64,000 nt of DNA from an uncultured Methanosarcinales archaeon (GTDB taxonomy: Archaea; Nanobdellota; Nanobdellia; Woesearchaeales; GW2011-AR15), in assembly GCA_964552005.1 (NCBI GenBank), contig CAZKFC010000002.1, forward strand, positions 35,188 through 99,187, written 5' to 3'. Made by a program: the position numbers and the translations under genes. The first letter of the stretch is position 1; the number at the start of each line of letters is the position of its first letter. The notes beneath the pieces are model-generated. The model saw only the letters and a program-made list of their open reading frames with translations, did not search any database and had not been told where the DNA came from. Positions 19,101-27,302 of this stretch are shown here, piece after piece.

Positions 19101-20550
19101 CGATTGTCTGATTTAATATATCAAAATTCGTCGTAGGATATACTGTCTCAAATGCATGTGTAGTATCATCATAAGAAATTAAACCTACTTGGTTTCCAGT
19201 TATGTTTAATATATCTTTTGAAAACTGTTTATCAAGACATTTAGCTACACTTAGCCTTGCTGTGCTTGAATCATTAAAATTTGCATCATCACAATTGCGT
19301 GCAGTGCCTGTATTATCACTATCCATACGCCAATCCATACTTCCAGACACGTCTGTTACTAATGTAACATCGGCATTTCCCTCAAAGATAAAGCCAAAAC
19401 TTACATTTTCAAAGCCAACTCGTATAGGCACGGTTTTAGCATTCATTGATGACAAGGCAATATATTTAGTAATGTTCTGCACAGTTACTGTGTGGTTTTT
19501 CTCTCCTGTTAAATTACTATCTTTATAGACGGTTGAATTTCCTATTGTCAAATAAAAAGTATTATTTGTGGCATTTGTGGCATTAACAAAATAATGTAGA
19601 TAAACTGATATGTTGTTTAGTGTTCCTGGAACATAAAAGGAAGAGTATAAATTAATTATGCCTTCTATATTGGGAAGCCATTCTTTTAGCGCATATTTTA
19701 ATGGTTCTTGCTGAAGAACATCTGTTTGGTAATCTACTCTTATAAAACCACCTCCAATAAATGCTTCTCCTAAATCACCTAAAAACGAAATTGAAAAATT
19801 ATTTTTTGCACCCTCGGCTAAAGAATTATCGCAACTGCTTATATCCCATGCATCTGCAGTCATTGTACCTGTACCTGCACTATAAATTCCGCCACACTGC
19901 ACACCATTTATATCTAAATTAAAATCAGAGCCAGCATCAAGTTCTAAATATAATCCTGTGATATTAATATCAGATGGTAAGACTATAAACCCTGAAATAT
20001 TGCCTTGACCAACGAAACCTCCAAAATACAGGTAAGAAGAATATTTTTTCCTTCTAATTCCTTTTAAATAAACTTTTGATGTTGCTCCTCTTAATGGCTT
20101 AAACTTTTCTATGCCGGATATTAATCTTCGGGAAGAAACTAATTCATCTTTTTTCCCTGTTGGAGAATCATTCAGATAAATAGACTCGCCATTTACCAAA
20201 ATCTCAAAACCAAATTTATCTGGGATTAATTTTTCACTTACAATAATAGACAAATTTCTAGCCAACTCAGTTTTGTTCAAAACATAAAATTCGCCAATTT
20301 GTTCTATAACTGAATTATTAAGATTGATTATTTCACCTGAACTTATAAGAGACTGTATGTAAGAATCATTAACTTCTGTAATCTTTATATTAGATAGGCT
20401 TGCCACAATGTCCTGGGAATAATAGTTTATTTGTGGTTGTTGTATTTCTGAAATGAAATATTTTGATGAAAGTATTAGAGCCATGCCTATTAAAATTGTG
20501 GCAAACAACGCATCTAAAGTAAAAAAATATCCTTTCTTCATTCTTGCCAC
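16099..20550 (-). CDS. Giant pilin-like adhesin (1483 aa): class III signal-like N-terminus, a vWA domain apparently interrupted by a large insertion, and a tandem duplication of about 225 aa.
   Basis: 'MARMKKGYFFTLDALFATILIGMAL'. MIDAS 'DVSGSM' near aa 400. Second-half vWA motifs 'AIMVMTDGV...GITVYAVGFS' near aa 1135. Repeats begin 'YANLWEHNLDNPGPPNDFSSG' (aa 592) and 'YANLWENTGDITGPPNDFSSG' (aa 817). Confidence 0.7.
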   Translation of the reverse strand: MARMKKGYFFTLDALFATILIGMALILSSKYFISEIQQPQINYYSQDIVASLSNIKITEVNDSYIQSLISSGEIINLNNSVIEQIGEFYVLNKTELARNLSIIVSEKLIPDKFGFEILVNGESIYLNDSPTGKKDELVSSRRLISGIEKFKPLRGATSKVYLKGIRRKKYSSYLYFGGFVGQGNISGFIVLPSDINITGLYLELDAGSDFNLDINGVQCGGIYSAGTGTMTADAWDISSCDNSLAEGAKNNFSISFLGDLGEAFIGGGFIRVDYQTDVLQQEPLKYALKEWLPNIEGIINLYSSFYVPGTLNNISVYLHYFVNATNATNNTFYLTIGNSTVYKDSNLTGEKNHTVTVQNITKYIALSSMNAKTVPIRVGFENVSFGFIFEGNADVTLVTDVSGSMDWRMDSDNTGTARNCDDANFNDSSTARLSVAKCLDKQFSKDILNITGNQVGLISYDDTTHAFETVYPTTNFDILNQTIGTAVPETGYEGSGATCVCCGINSAVAILTENISKNTVIQSKEQWYYTTNYFLSPPPVDDDGDSWYHNNYDNESDWSYSDNAIYGSTNGFVYSPIVDTEIGSSLAGNTSYANLWEHNLDNPGPPNDFSSGILNYTANTFGSTGNNDGWDYDNNNDGSGPFGYDDDISYNEIVNGQLEFNTSVAGSNACTNFDCSGAYGIAINITSELYNAVVNGGKVKISFNYNWDGNDNNPFESTDEVWIKSYWWSPTSGTNYLGAELSSSGGDTTLEVDRRTNPDTDFSGTYSQEITSFIEGPGLYYLAIGGKLLASENTEWGTFRFDNIQLEFEELDPDAIYANLWENTGDITGPPNDFSSGVLNSTANTFGITGNDDGWDWDTLDNNGVFGFDDNIDYNQVVTVGPNKVLEMDNDITQNDCSNYDCSGAYGIEINITQEMYNLIQANGAAILSFNYEWDGNDNPFETSDQVWVKARWSSSTSSNYLGTDLDANDGGSDNDPEIFTMDNPDAEFSGTYSQDVSPWITGPGNYYLELGGKLRASESQEYGWWRFDNIELKITNKTNHYYFRKHFNVADLNQVGRGVLNVLYDDTAKVYLNGQLIYISPNPSFAQYWNARGIQVPREYFKQGDNVVAVDLSNTARAAKFDLELIILNDTREDAIMVMTDGVANRQCAQQGTGDAIQDAIQAACDARQEYGITVYAVGFSDNADETTLQGIADCGNGIYRKSDNITALQQFYQDVASTIISATRHSQTIEIEGSGDISESILYGDSNIDIEYDPLVDPPEFGEISIIVEEKNFPGCSFNVYIPGDVRVSNSKLTSYSSEHWTDALIVNNNSVYNLSDYSTDYTAMGDPFLVNIPVPTLQAGNNSFFIRTGDSPLNYTECSKNNTLIYTAQFTASVSYSDVLEKAIGCEWSIEFEDGENTTVDVPPTYTGTKQCYYTNASISYDANDTYDDAMYNLLDNLDFDDDGRIYVNIEEQNFVIGAISVGKIPYPWGPALAEVRVWR
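17428..18777 (-). repeat. Intragenic tandem duplication (two units of about 675 nt / 225 aa) inside the giant pilin gene.
   Basis: The two units align along their full length ('...NDFSSG.LN.TANTFG.TGN.DGWD.D...DCSGAYGI.INIT.E.YN....G....SFNY.WDGNDN.PFE..D.VW.K..W....S.NYLG..L...DG......D.PD..FSGTYSQ.....I.GPG.YYL..GGKL.ASE....G..RFDNI.L'). Confidence 0.55.
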
Positions 20551-21710
20551 AGTACCACCTTCATTGCAATAATTTCAGATATGCCGTCATGTTTATAAAC
20601 AACATATCTTGTTAAGGCTATTAATTTTTCTGGATTGGATGCTTTTACATCGTTAATAGAGGAAAGGTTTTGTGCTGTTGCAAAAGGATATGCTAAGCCA
20701 TTGCCGGAGTTGTACAATCTACCAATCTCATTTAAATCTAACGCCCTGTTCCATATCCCAATTTCATCAATTTTTCCGTCAATAATCAACGACTCTGACG
20801 TGGTTGAAAGAATATGTAAACCATTACTTCCCACATTTAATGTGTTTGTATTTATATCTGTATCTCCAAGCACTCCGTTCTTATAATATTTAAATTCATT
20901 AGTTGTAGAATCATGCGTAATCGCAATGTGTTGATAGATTGAATCATTTAATGTCCAGCCATCATTACATACTGTAGCTTTTCCCACAAGAACAAAAGCT
21001 ATTTTATGACCTGCTGAACAACCGTGAGAAGCAGTAGCTTCTTCTCTTATGCCCCATCCATCATCCATAAAGATGTATTCTCCATCGTCTTGTCCATTTG
21101 GTGAATACCAGAAACTTATAGTTAAATCTCCTGTTACATCAAAATCATCGTAATCTGGCGCTTCCAGAAATCCTGCACCATTACTTTCTCTACCGTCTCC
21201 AATAATTCCCGCTGTATTAGTTGTTCCTGAGTTCAATAAATCTATATTTCCTAATTCGTCTGAAAAATCATTATTGTTCAATTTATAGTATGCAATTAAA
21301 CCGTTTTCTAAAGTATCATTGCCTTTATAATTATCAAATCCCCACAAAACATTTCCTTCCTTATCTTCAAAATACACTAAAAAATCAGATTTTATTCCAA
21401 ACAAATTTTTTACTTTATTGCTATTCTTATTAGTAAGATTAATTAGATATTGCAGTTTGGTTGTATTTAAAATATTGCCCTTATCAACAACACCGGGTAT
21501 TAATACTGTGTCTTCTGTCCAGTTAGTGGGAATTCCCATTGTCAATAATGTTTCACTTAATTTTTCTGCTTCTGACAAAACATTGTTTGTTTCCTTACCT
21601 GGTATATAAAAATTGCTTGTAACAAATTTAAAGGCTATTATTAATATCAATGTAAATATAGTTACACCCATGATAAAATCAAAGTACCATATTTGGTTTT
21701 TTTTATTCAT
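20538..21710 (-). CDS. Pilin-like protein with a LamG/concanavalin-A-like lectin domain.
   Basis: N-terminus 'MNKKNQIWYFDFIMGVTIFTLILIIAF'. Central 'GLIAYYKLNNND...LLNSGTT...GAGFLEAPDYDDFD...LTISFWYSP' is LamG-like. Confidence 0.62.
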   Translation of the reverse strand: MNKKNQIWYFDFIMGVTIFTLILIIAFKFVTSNFYIPGKETNNVLSEAEKLSETLLTMGIPTNWTEDTVLIPGVVDKGNILNTTKLQYLINLTNKNSNKVKNLFGIKSDFLVYFEDKEGNVLWGFDNYKGNDTLENGLIAYYKLNNNDFSDELGNIDLLNSGTTNTAGIIGDGRESNGAGFLEAPDYDDFDVTGDLTISFWYSPNGQDDGEYIFMDDGWGIREEATASHGCSAGHKIAFVLVGKATVCNDGWTLNDSIYQHIAITHDSTTNEFKYYKNGVLGDTDINTNTLNVGSNGLHILSTTSESLIIDGKIDEIGIWNRALDLNEIGRLYNSGNGLAYPFATAQNLSSINDVKASNPEKLIALTRYVVYKHDGISEIIAMKVVLWQE

Positions 21711-21711
21711 T

Positions 21712-22059
21712 TTAACAGTTTAAACATAACACATTATTTTGGTTTGTAATTATATTATCTCCTTTTTGAATATATCCTGTTATGTTTGGTATTGAAAAAT
21801 AAACAACATTATCCGAATAATTTAACAATAGGATGTTGTTTATTATGGAAACTTCAAAATCAAACCCCTCCAATTTTTGTGGTATGTAAAATACCCGAGT
21901 ATAACCTGGCTTTGTTTGTTTAGCTATCAGGAACTCGTTCTGCAAACTGTAGCCATAATCCTCAAAAATAATCCTTTTTTTATCTCTTAAATTGTCTTGG
22001 TAGAGTTCTGAGAAAACAACTGTAAAGATTATTACCATGGTTGTTGCTGCCATTATCAT
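21712..22059 (-). CDS. Pilin-like protein. The annotated ATG lies inside the predicted class III signal; the conserved 'RKAQVSTEF' motif is encoded in-frame upstream (22060–22161) with no ATG/GTG/TTG.
   Basis: In-frame upstream translation '...IKFFEFQSSSGTLRKAQVSTEFIFMIMAATTMVIIFTVVF'. An in-frame stop lies at 22162–22164. Confidence 0.45.
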   Translation of the reverse strand: MIMAATTMVIIFTVVFSELYQDNLRDKKRIIFEDYGYSLQNEFLIAKQTKPGYTRVFYIPQKLEGFDFEVSIINNILLLNYSDNVVYFSIPNITGYIQKGDNIITNQNNVLCLNC

Positions 22060-22139
22060 AAAAATAAACTCTGTACTTACTTGCGCTTTTCTTAAAGTCC
22101 CAGAAGAACTTTGAAATTCGAAAAATTTTATTTTTTCTT

Positions 22140-22547
22140 TTATCCTGATATCGATACAACATCACCAGAAGATTCTATAACTATATAATGAATGCCGGGG
22201 TTAACAGAAATAGATCCTGTTAGATTAACTTGTGAAACTGAAACAATATCTTGAATGTGGTTTTTTGCTGTCCTATAACCAAAGATTATTGTCCGTGATG
22301 TTATATTAATGTAGTCTATCCGTTCTGGAAACTGTGTTTTTAAAGTGGTTTTAGACGGCTCTCCTAAGTAATATATTGTCTCTGCCTTATCTGTGATTTT
22401 TATGGCAATATTTCTTAGATGATTAGTCGCTATGGCATCCTGAACTGTGCCAGATTGATCAAAAAAAATAATTATTAAGGGAATAGTCATCAAAAAAACA
22501 AAACCGAATATCGTAATAAACTCAACACTAACTTGACCTCTTTTCAT
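22140..22547 (-). CDS. Archaeal type IV pilin (DUF361/EppA-substrate-like); a candidate major pilin.
   Basis: 'MKRGQVSVEFITIFGFVFLMTIPLIIIFF' has the KRG|QxSxEF class III signal and a hydrophobic N-terminal helix. 135 aa. Confidence 0.65.
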   Translation of the reverse strand: MKRGQVSVEFITIFGFVFLMTIPLIIIFFDQSGTVQDAIATNHLRNIAIKITDKAETIYYLGEPSKTTLKTQFPERIDYINITSRTIIFGYRTAKNHIQDIVSVSQVNLTGSISVNPGIHYIVIESSGDVVSISG

Positions 22548-22683
22548 TTAACCTTGTTTATCCACATTAACTATATAAATTTAACTTTATAAATCAAAAA
22601 GATTTATATATTAAGGAGTTAATTATGTAAGCATAAAATCAAAAGGGTGGTCTAAAATTACTCAAAGAAATTTTAATCTCGAC

Positions 22684-23175
22684 ATGGATTCTTACTTAGC
22701 TAAAAGAAGAAAACCTGTTAAAAAAGAAAAAAAGAAAAAACCTACTAAAGTCAGTAAGGATGAAAAAGAGTTCAAAAAAGAAGTAAACAACTATTACTCT
22801 GAAAAAAAATCTTTTTTTGAAAAAATTCTTGATTTCATTGCAGGACCTCCAGATGAAGCTGCCACAATAAAAGAAGAAGAGAAAAAAGAACTCGAAGAAG
22901 ACAAGAAAGAATTAGATGAGTTTGAGGAAAAAAAAGAAAGCAGGGGCATAATTGAGATTATCAAAAGTTGGTTCATGTCAGACGAAGAACCTGATGAAAC
23001 ACCTGAGGAAGAAATTGAAACTGTGCCAGAAGTACCTGAAGAGATAAGAGAAGTTCTAAAAATCCAGAACAAATGGCTGTTAAGATTGCCAAAGCGGATT
23101 ATTAAAGATTTCAAAACTTCAAAGGATTATGAAGTATATAAAGAGACTTTAAGAAAATACAACCTCATAAAATAA
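22684..23175 (+). CDS. Highly charged Lys/Glu-rich protein of unknown function.
   Basis: Low-complexity K/E-rich sequence with no recognisable motif. Confidence 0.4.
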   Translation: MDSYLAKRRKPVKKEKKKKPTKVSKDEKEFKKEVNNYYSEKKSFFEKILDFIAGPPDEAATIKEEEKKELEEDKKELDEFEEKKESRGIIEIIKSWFMSDEEPDETPEEEIETVPEVPEEIREVLKIQNKWLLRLPKRIIKDFKTSKDYEVYKETLRKYNLIK

Positions 23176-23458
23176 ATTTATTCTTCTTTTTCTAATATTA
23201 TTTTTAGTATGAAAGAGACAATAGTTAAAGAAGCTAATGAAAAACTTTTAGTTAGTCCAGCACCATTAATAAGTTGTCCAGTTATGCCTGTATTAATTGA
23301 ATTAGGTGACAGTTGATAAAAATACAGGTAACCCAAGGATAAAAGTAAAATCAAGGATATTATAAATAATAGTTGAGCATGTTTCTTGATAAACATATGT
23401 ATGTTAAGTTATAAAGAAATATATATATTTTTCTATACCAATATACTAAAATCCCAAC

Positions 23459-24637
23459 TTATTTTTTTAACTCTATTGTCTGTGTAGGGTAGGGAATCTC
23501 AACCTTTAATTGCTCCAATTTTTTCTTAATTGCCATGTTAATATCGTGAGTTGTTTGTCCTATTTCTTTAAGATTAGATATCCAGTATATTATTAAAATG
23601 TCCAATGTAAAATCGCCAAACTTAGAAAATCTAACTATTGTTTTGTCTTTTACATTTTTATGTGCATCTATTAATTTTTTTAGTTCTTTTATAGCAGTTT
23701 CAAGTTTTTTATTGGAAGTATCATAAGATAAGCCTAAAGTCAAGGTAACTTTTCGGGCTGATTCATGTGAAACATTTTCTATTATGCTGTCTGCTATTTT
23801 TGAGTTGGGTATTGTTAATTTGGTTCCATCTAATGATTCTATTACAGTTGTTCTTAATCCTATGGTTTTTACTATACCATCAACACCCTGTACTTTTATA
23901 CGCTGGCCCGGCTTAAAAGATTTATCTATTATTATTGCAACTCCTCCAAATAAATTTGCAAGTAAATCTTTGGCTGCAAGGGCAAATGCCAATCCACCTA
24001 TACCTAATCCTGCCAGTATAGATGCAACATCAAAACCTAAATCAGACAATATCATGATCAAAGCAATTATCACAAGAAGTGTTTTTATTAGTCTTCTTAG
24101 GAGAGGCATCAAAATATCGTCAAGATCAGTTTCAGATTTTTCTGCAAACGGCATTAAATAATATTCAATTAGCAAATCTACAACATTAATGAAGAACCAT
24201 GCAAACGCAAATATAATTAGGGACTTTACAAGCTTAAAATAAACTTGTCTCGCGCCATCTGGTATAACTATAAAAAAAGACACAGCAATTAATCCAATTG
24301 AAAAGAAAAACAATAAGAAAGGTTTTTGTAATGACTTTATTATGATATCATCAATCTTTGTTTTGGTTTTTCCAATTAATTTTGAAATATATCTTTTCAT
24401 AAAAAATTCAAGGATTCTACCTATGATAGTAAAACCAACTAAAATAGCCAGGGCTATAACATAATTATAGACTGGATTACCAAAATATTCATTATTTATA
24501 ATATCTAGCAAGTTTATCATTTTTGCCTTGTATAATTTAAACAAGGAAAAATGAGGCAGTTTTAAAATCTTATGATTTTTTAAGACTGAAAAGTTCCCAT
24601 TTGATAAGATATAAAATAAACATAAGAACACCAACAA
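23459..24637 (-). CDS. mscS: Small-conductance mechanosensitive channel (MscS family).
   Basis: Three N-terminal TMs and the MscS beta-domain 'IKVQGVDGIVKTIGLRTTVIESLDGTKLTIPNSKI'. Confidence 0.75.
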   Translation of the reverse strand: MLVFLCLFYILSNGNFSVLKNHKILKLPHFSLFKLYKAKMINLLDIINNEYFGNPVYNYVIALAILVGFTIIGRILEFFMKRYISKLIGKTKTKIDDIIIKSLQKPFLLFFFSIGLIAVSFFIVIPDGARQVYFKLVKSLIIFAFAWFFINVVDLLIEYYLMPFAEKSETDLDDILMPLLRRLIKTLLVIIALIMILSDLGFDVASILAGLGIGGLAFALAAKDLLANLFGGVAIIIDKSFKPGQRIKVQGVDGIVKTIGLRTTVIESLDGTKLTIPNSKIADSIIENVSHESARKVTLTLGLSYDTSNKKLETAIKELKKLIDAHKNVKDKTIVRFSKFGDFTLDILIIYWISNLKEIGQTTHDINMAIKKKLEQLKVEIPYPTQTIELKK

Positions 24638-24802
24638 ATAAAGAAACTAACACATATCTTGTAAAGAAAAACTTTTTTAGATAAAAGCCAGAAAACAAAA
24701 ATATAATAAAAGTAAAGATTGAATAAAAGGCTCCATAAACTAAAGCTAAAAAAAACTTGTTTTCTCTGATACCAAGTTTTCTAAAGATAAGCCGTAAAAA
24801 CA

Positions 24803-25060
24803 TTATATTTTATAGACTTTGTCCTGTTCCCTTACTTTGTCATTAACTTTCATGCCAATCTCTTGCCCTTTCTCTGCAGTCTCAATTGTATTGTGCTCTA
24901 TTTGCATTGAAGTTACATCTTGTTCAAAATCAGTTGTGTGTCCCTTAATTCTTATTCTGTCACCTTTCTTTAATGTATCTGATAACCTCACAACGGCAAC
25001 CTGTATATGGTTGTAATAGTGTAAGATTACACCCACTTCCTTTCCTAATTCATCTGACAT
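24803..25060 (-). CDS. Small soluble protein of unknown function.
   Basis: Only an ORF plus a weak resemblance to small beta-barrel domains. Confidence 0.3.
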   Translation of the reverse strand: MSDELGKEVGVILHYYNHIQVAVVRLSDTLKKGDRIRIKGHTTDFEQDVTSMQIEHNTIETAEKGQEIGMKVNDKVREQDKVYKI

Positions 25061-25110
25061 TTAACAACACCCCAATATTATTAAGTAGAATTAATATATA
25101 AATTTTAAGA

Positions 25111-25464
25111 TTAACACACGCTACTTCCACAATTACATGTTTTAGTTACATTTGGATTATCTATTTTAAATCCTGATCCCTGGAGAGAGTCAACAAAATC
25201 TATTTTCACTCCTTTAAGAAAGTCCACGCTGTCTTTATCTATGAATAACTTTACGCCGTGTTGCTCTACGGTTTTGTCTGTTTTATCCGGCTTTTTCTCA
25301 AAATCCATGCCGTACTGGAAACCAGCGCATCCGCCTGGAAAAACATATATTTTAAGACCGTAACCTTCTTTCTTCTCTTGTTTACTTATGTCAAGAATTT
25401 TCTCAGCTGCTTTTTTTGTTAGCGTAATTTTAAATTCTGTTTTTTGTTTTGTCATAATAATCAC
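25111..25464 (-). CDS. Iron-sulfur cluster assembly protein (IscA/HesB/SufA A-type carrier).
   Basis: 'GGCAGFQYGM' plus C-terminal 'IDNPNVTKTCNCGSSVC' matches the C-x(n)-C-G-C signature. Confidence 0.72.
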   Translation of the reverse strand: MIIMTKQKTEFKITLTKKAAEKILDISKQEKKEGYGLKIYVFPGGCAGFQYGMDFEKKPDKTDKTVEQHGVKLFIDKDSVDFLKGVKIDFVDSLQGSGFKIDNPNVTKTCNCGSSVC

Positions 25465-25518
25465 AACTGCTTGGATAAAAAGAAATATTATAAAGCTTTG
25501 CTTTAATTAATCTTTATT

Positions 25519-25833
25519 ATGTTACAAAAAGGCATAGAATTGTTTAATCAAAAAAGGTTCTTTAAAGCACATGAGGTCTGGGAAAAACTTTGGTTAAATG
25601 CTAAAGAAGATAAAAAGTTTTTGCAAGGATTAATCTTTATATCAGGAGGTTATCATCATTATTTAAACTCAAATAAAGAAGGTTGTATCCTTTTTTTAGA
25701 AAGAGGAATTGAGTATCTTTCAAAGTTTAAAAATAACAAAAAGATTAATGTAAAAAGGCTTATCAAAGATGTTAAAGAAACTATAATTAATATAAACTAT
25801 GAATTTAACATGCCAAAAATATATTTAAGATAA
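25519..25833 (+). CDS. DUF309-family protein.
   Basis: 'FNQKRFFKAHEVWEKLW...LQGLI' pattern. Confidence 0.45.
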   Translation: MLQKGIELFNQKRFFKAHEVWEKLWLNAKEDKKFLQGLIFISGGYHHYLNSNKEGCILFLERGIEYLSKFKNNKKINVKRLIKDVKETIININYEFNMPKIYLR

Positions 25834-25874
25834 GTTTTATTAATCAAAAAAATTTTCTTGATAGATTTGTAAAT

Positions 25875-26588
25875 ATGAAGGAAATAACTAAAGTTCAGTT
25901 AATAGATATAAAAAAAGAAACTAAGAATGTTAAGTCATATTTTTTGAAAAGTTTAAATGGGCAAAATCTTGATTTCCTTCCTGGACAGTTTGTAAATTTA
26001 TATGTTAAAATCAATAATGAGAGAGTAAAGAGATCTTACTCAATAGCGTCTTCTCCCTTAAACAAAAAATATGTTGAATTAACCATAAAATTGGTGCCAA
26101 ATGGAAAGGTTTCGCCTTACATGCATAACGGTGTCAAGGTTGGGGATATATTTGAGATAAGTCAGCCGAGGGGAAAATTTTTTTACATGGATCATTTAAA
26201 ATCTATAGTTTTAATAGCTGCAGGCTCTGGTATAGTGCCCTTTATGTCCATGATAAGATACTGCACTGAAAAAAAGCTTGATACAAAGATATCTTTGTTG
26301 TACAGCTCAAAAACTGAAAAAGACATCATCTATCAAAAAGAACTAGAAAAACTAGAAAAAATAAATTCTAATCTAAAAATATATCATACTCTCACTAGAG
26401 ATTCATGGAAAAATAAGAGGGGGCATACAGGAAGAATTAACAAAGATTTCATTTATGAAACTGTTCAAAACATATTTAAAAACACATATTATATTTGTGG
26501 TTCTTTTGGCTTTGTACACGACATGGCTGAAATATTAAAAGAAATTGGAATTAATAGAAAACAGATTAAAAGGGATGTCTGGACCTGA
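25875..26588 (+). CDS. FNR-like FAD/NAD(P)-binding oxidoreductase.
   Basis: 'RSYSIAS' RxYS FAD motif and 'AAGSGIVPF' NAD(P)-binding glycine motif. No Fe-S cysteine cluster. Confidence 0.58.
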   Translation: MKEITKVQLIDIKKETKNVKSYFLKSLNGQNLDFLPGQFVNLYVKINNERVKRSYSIASSPLNKKYVELTIKLVPNGKVSPYMHNGVKVGDIFEISQPRGKFFYMDHLKSIVLIAAGSGIVPFMSMIRYCTEKKLDTKISLLYSSKTEKDIIYQKELEKLEKINSNLKIYHTLTRDSWKNKRGHTGRINKDFIYETVQNIFKNTYYICGSFGFVHDMAEILKEIGINRKQIKRDVWT

Positions 26589-26640
26589 ACTTTTTTTGTG
26601 AAGCAAATTTTTAAAAACAAACTGTTATTCCAGCAAGTGT

Positions 26641-27204
26641 ATGACAGAATTTAGTTACCAAGTTAAGATACCTAAAGACAGGATTGCCGTGTTAATTGGT
26701 AAAAAGGGCGAGATAAAAAAACAGATAGAAGAAAATACAAAAACCAAACTTAATGTAGATTCTGAAGAAGGTGATGTTTCTGTTATTGGTAGGGACGCCC
26801 TTGCTTTATATTGTACAAGAGATATTATAAGGGCAATTGGTCGTGGGTTTAATCCTGAACTAGCAATGTTATTATTAAAACAAGATTATGCTTTTGAAAT
26901 AATTAATCTGCCAGATTTTAATAATCCCTCACAGTTTAGAAGAATAAAAGGCCGGGTTATAGGGAAAGAAGGCAAATCTAGAAAAGTAATTGAAGAACAA
27001 ACAGAATGTTATGTTTCTGTATATGGAAAAACTGTTTCTTTAATTGGACAAACTCAACAGGTATCTATTGCTAGGAGAGCTATTGAAATGTTGATAAAAG
27101 GAAGTCCGCATTCTAATGTGTATAAATGGCTTGAAAAAATGAAGCGTGAAGTTAAAAGAAGAGAATTTGAAGAAAAAGACAAAGATTTTATTAAAGAAGA
27201 TTAA
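26641..27204 (+). CDS. Archaeal KH-domain RNA-binding protein (Dim2/Pno1-like).
   Basis: Two type-I KH units ('IGKKGEIKKQIEE', 'IGKEGKSRKVIEEQT'). Confidence 0.58.
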   Translation: MTEFSYQVKIPKDRIAVLIGKKGEIKKQIEENTKTKLNVDSEEGDVSVIGRDALALYCTRDIIRAIGRGFNPELAMLLLKQDYAFEIINLPDFNNPSQFRRIKGRVIGKEGKSRKVIEEQTECYVSVYGKTVSLIGQTQQVSIARRAIEMLIKGSPHSNVYKWLEKMKREVKRREFEEKDKDFIKED

Positions 27205-27302
27205 TTATATAAACATAATTTTATTTCATCACAATATGAAAAGCACAGTTCGTAAAAAAGGTGCATAAGTCTTATTCTTATTTGTGTTTCAATTTAAAAT
27301 AA

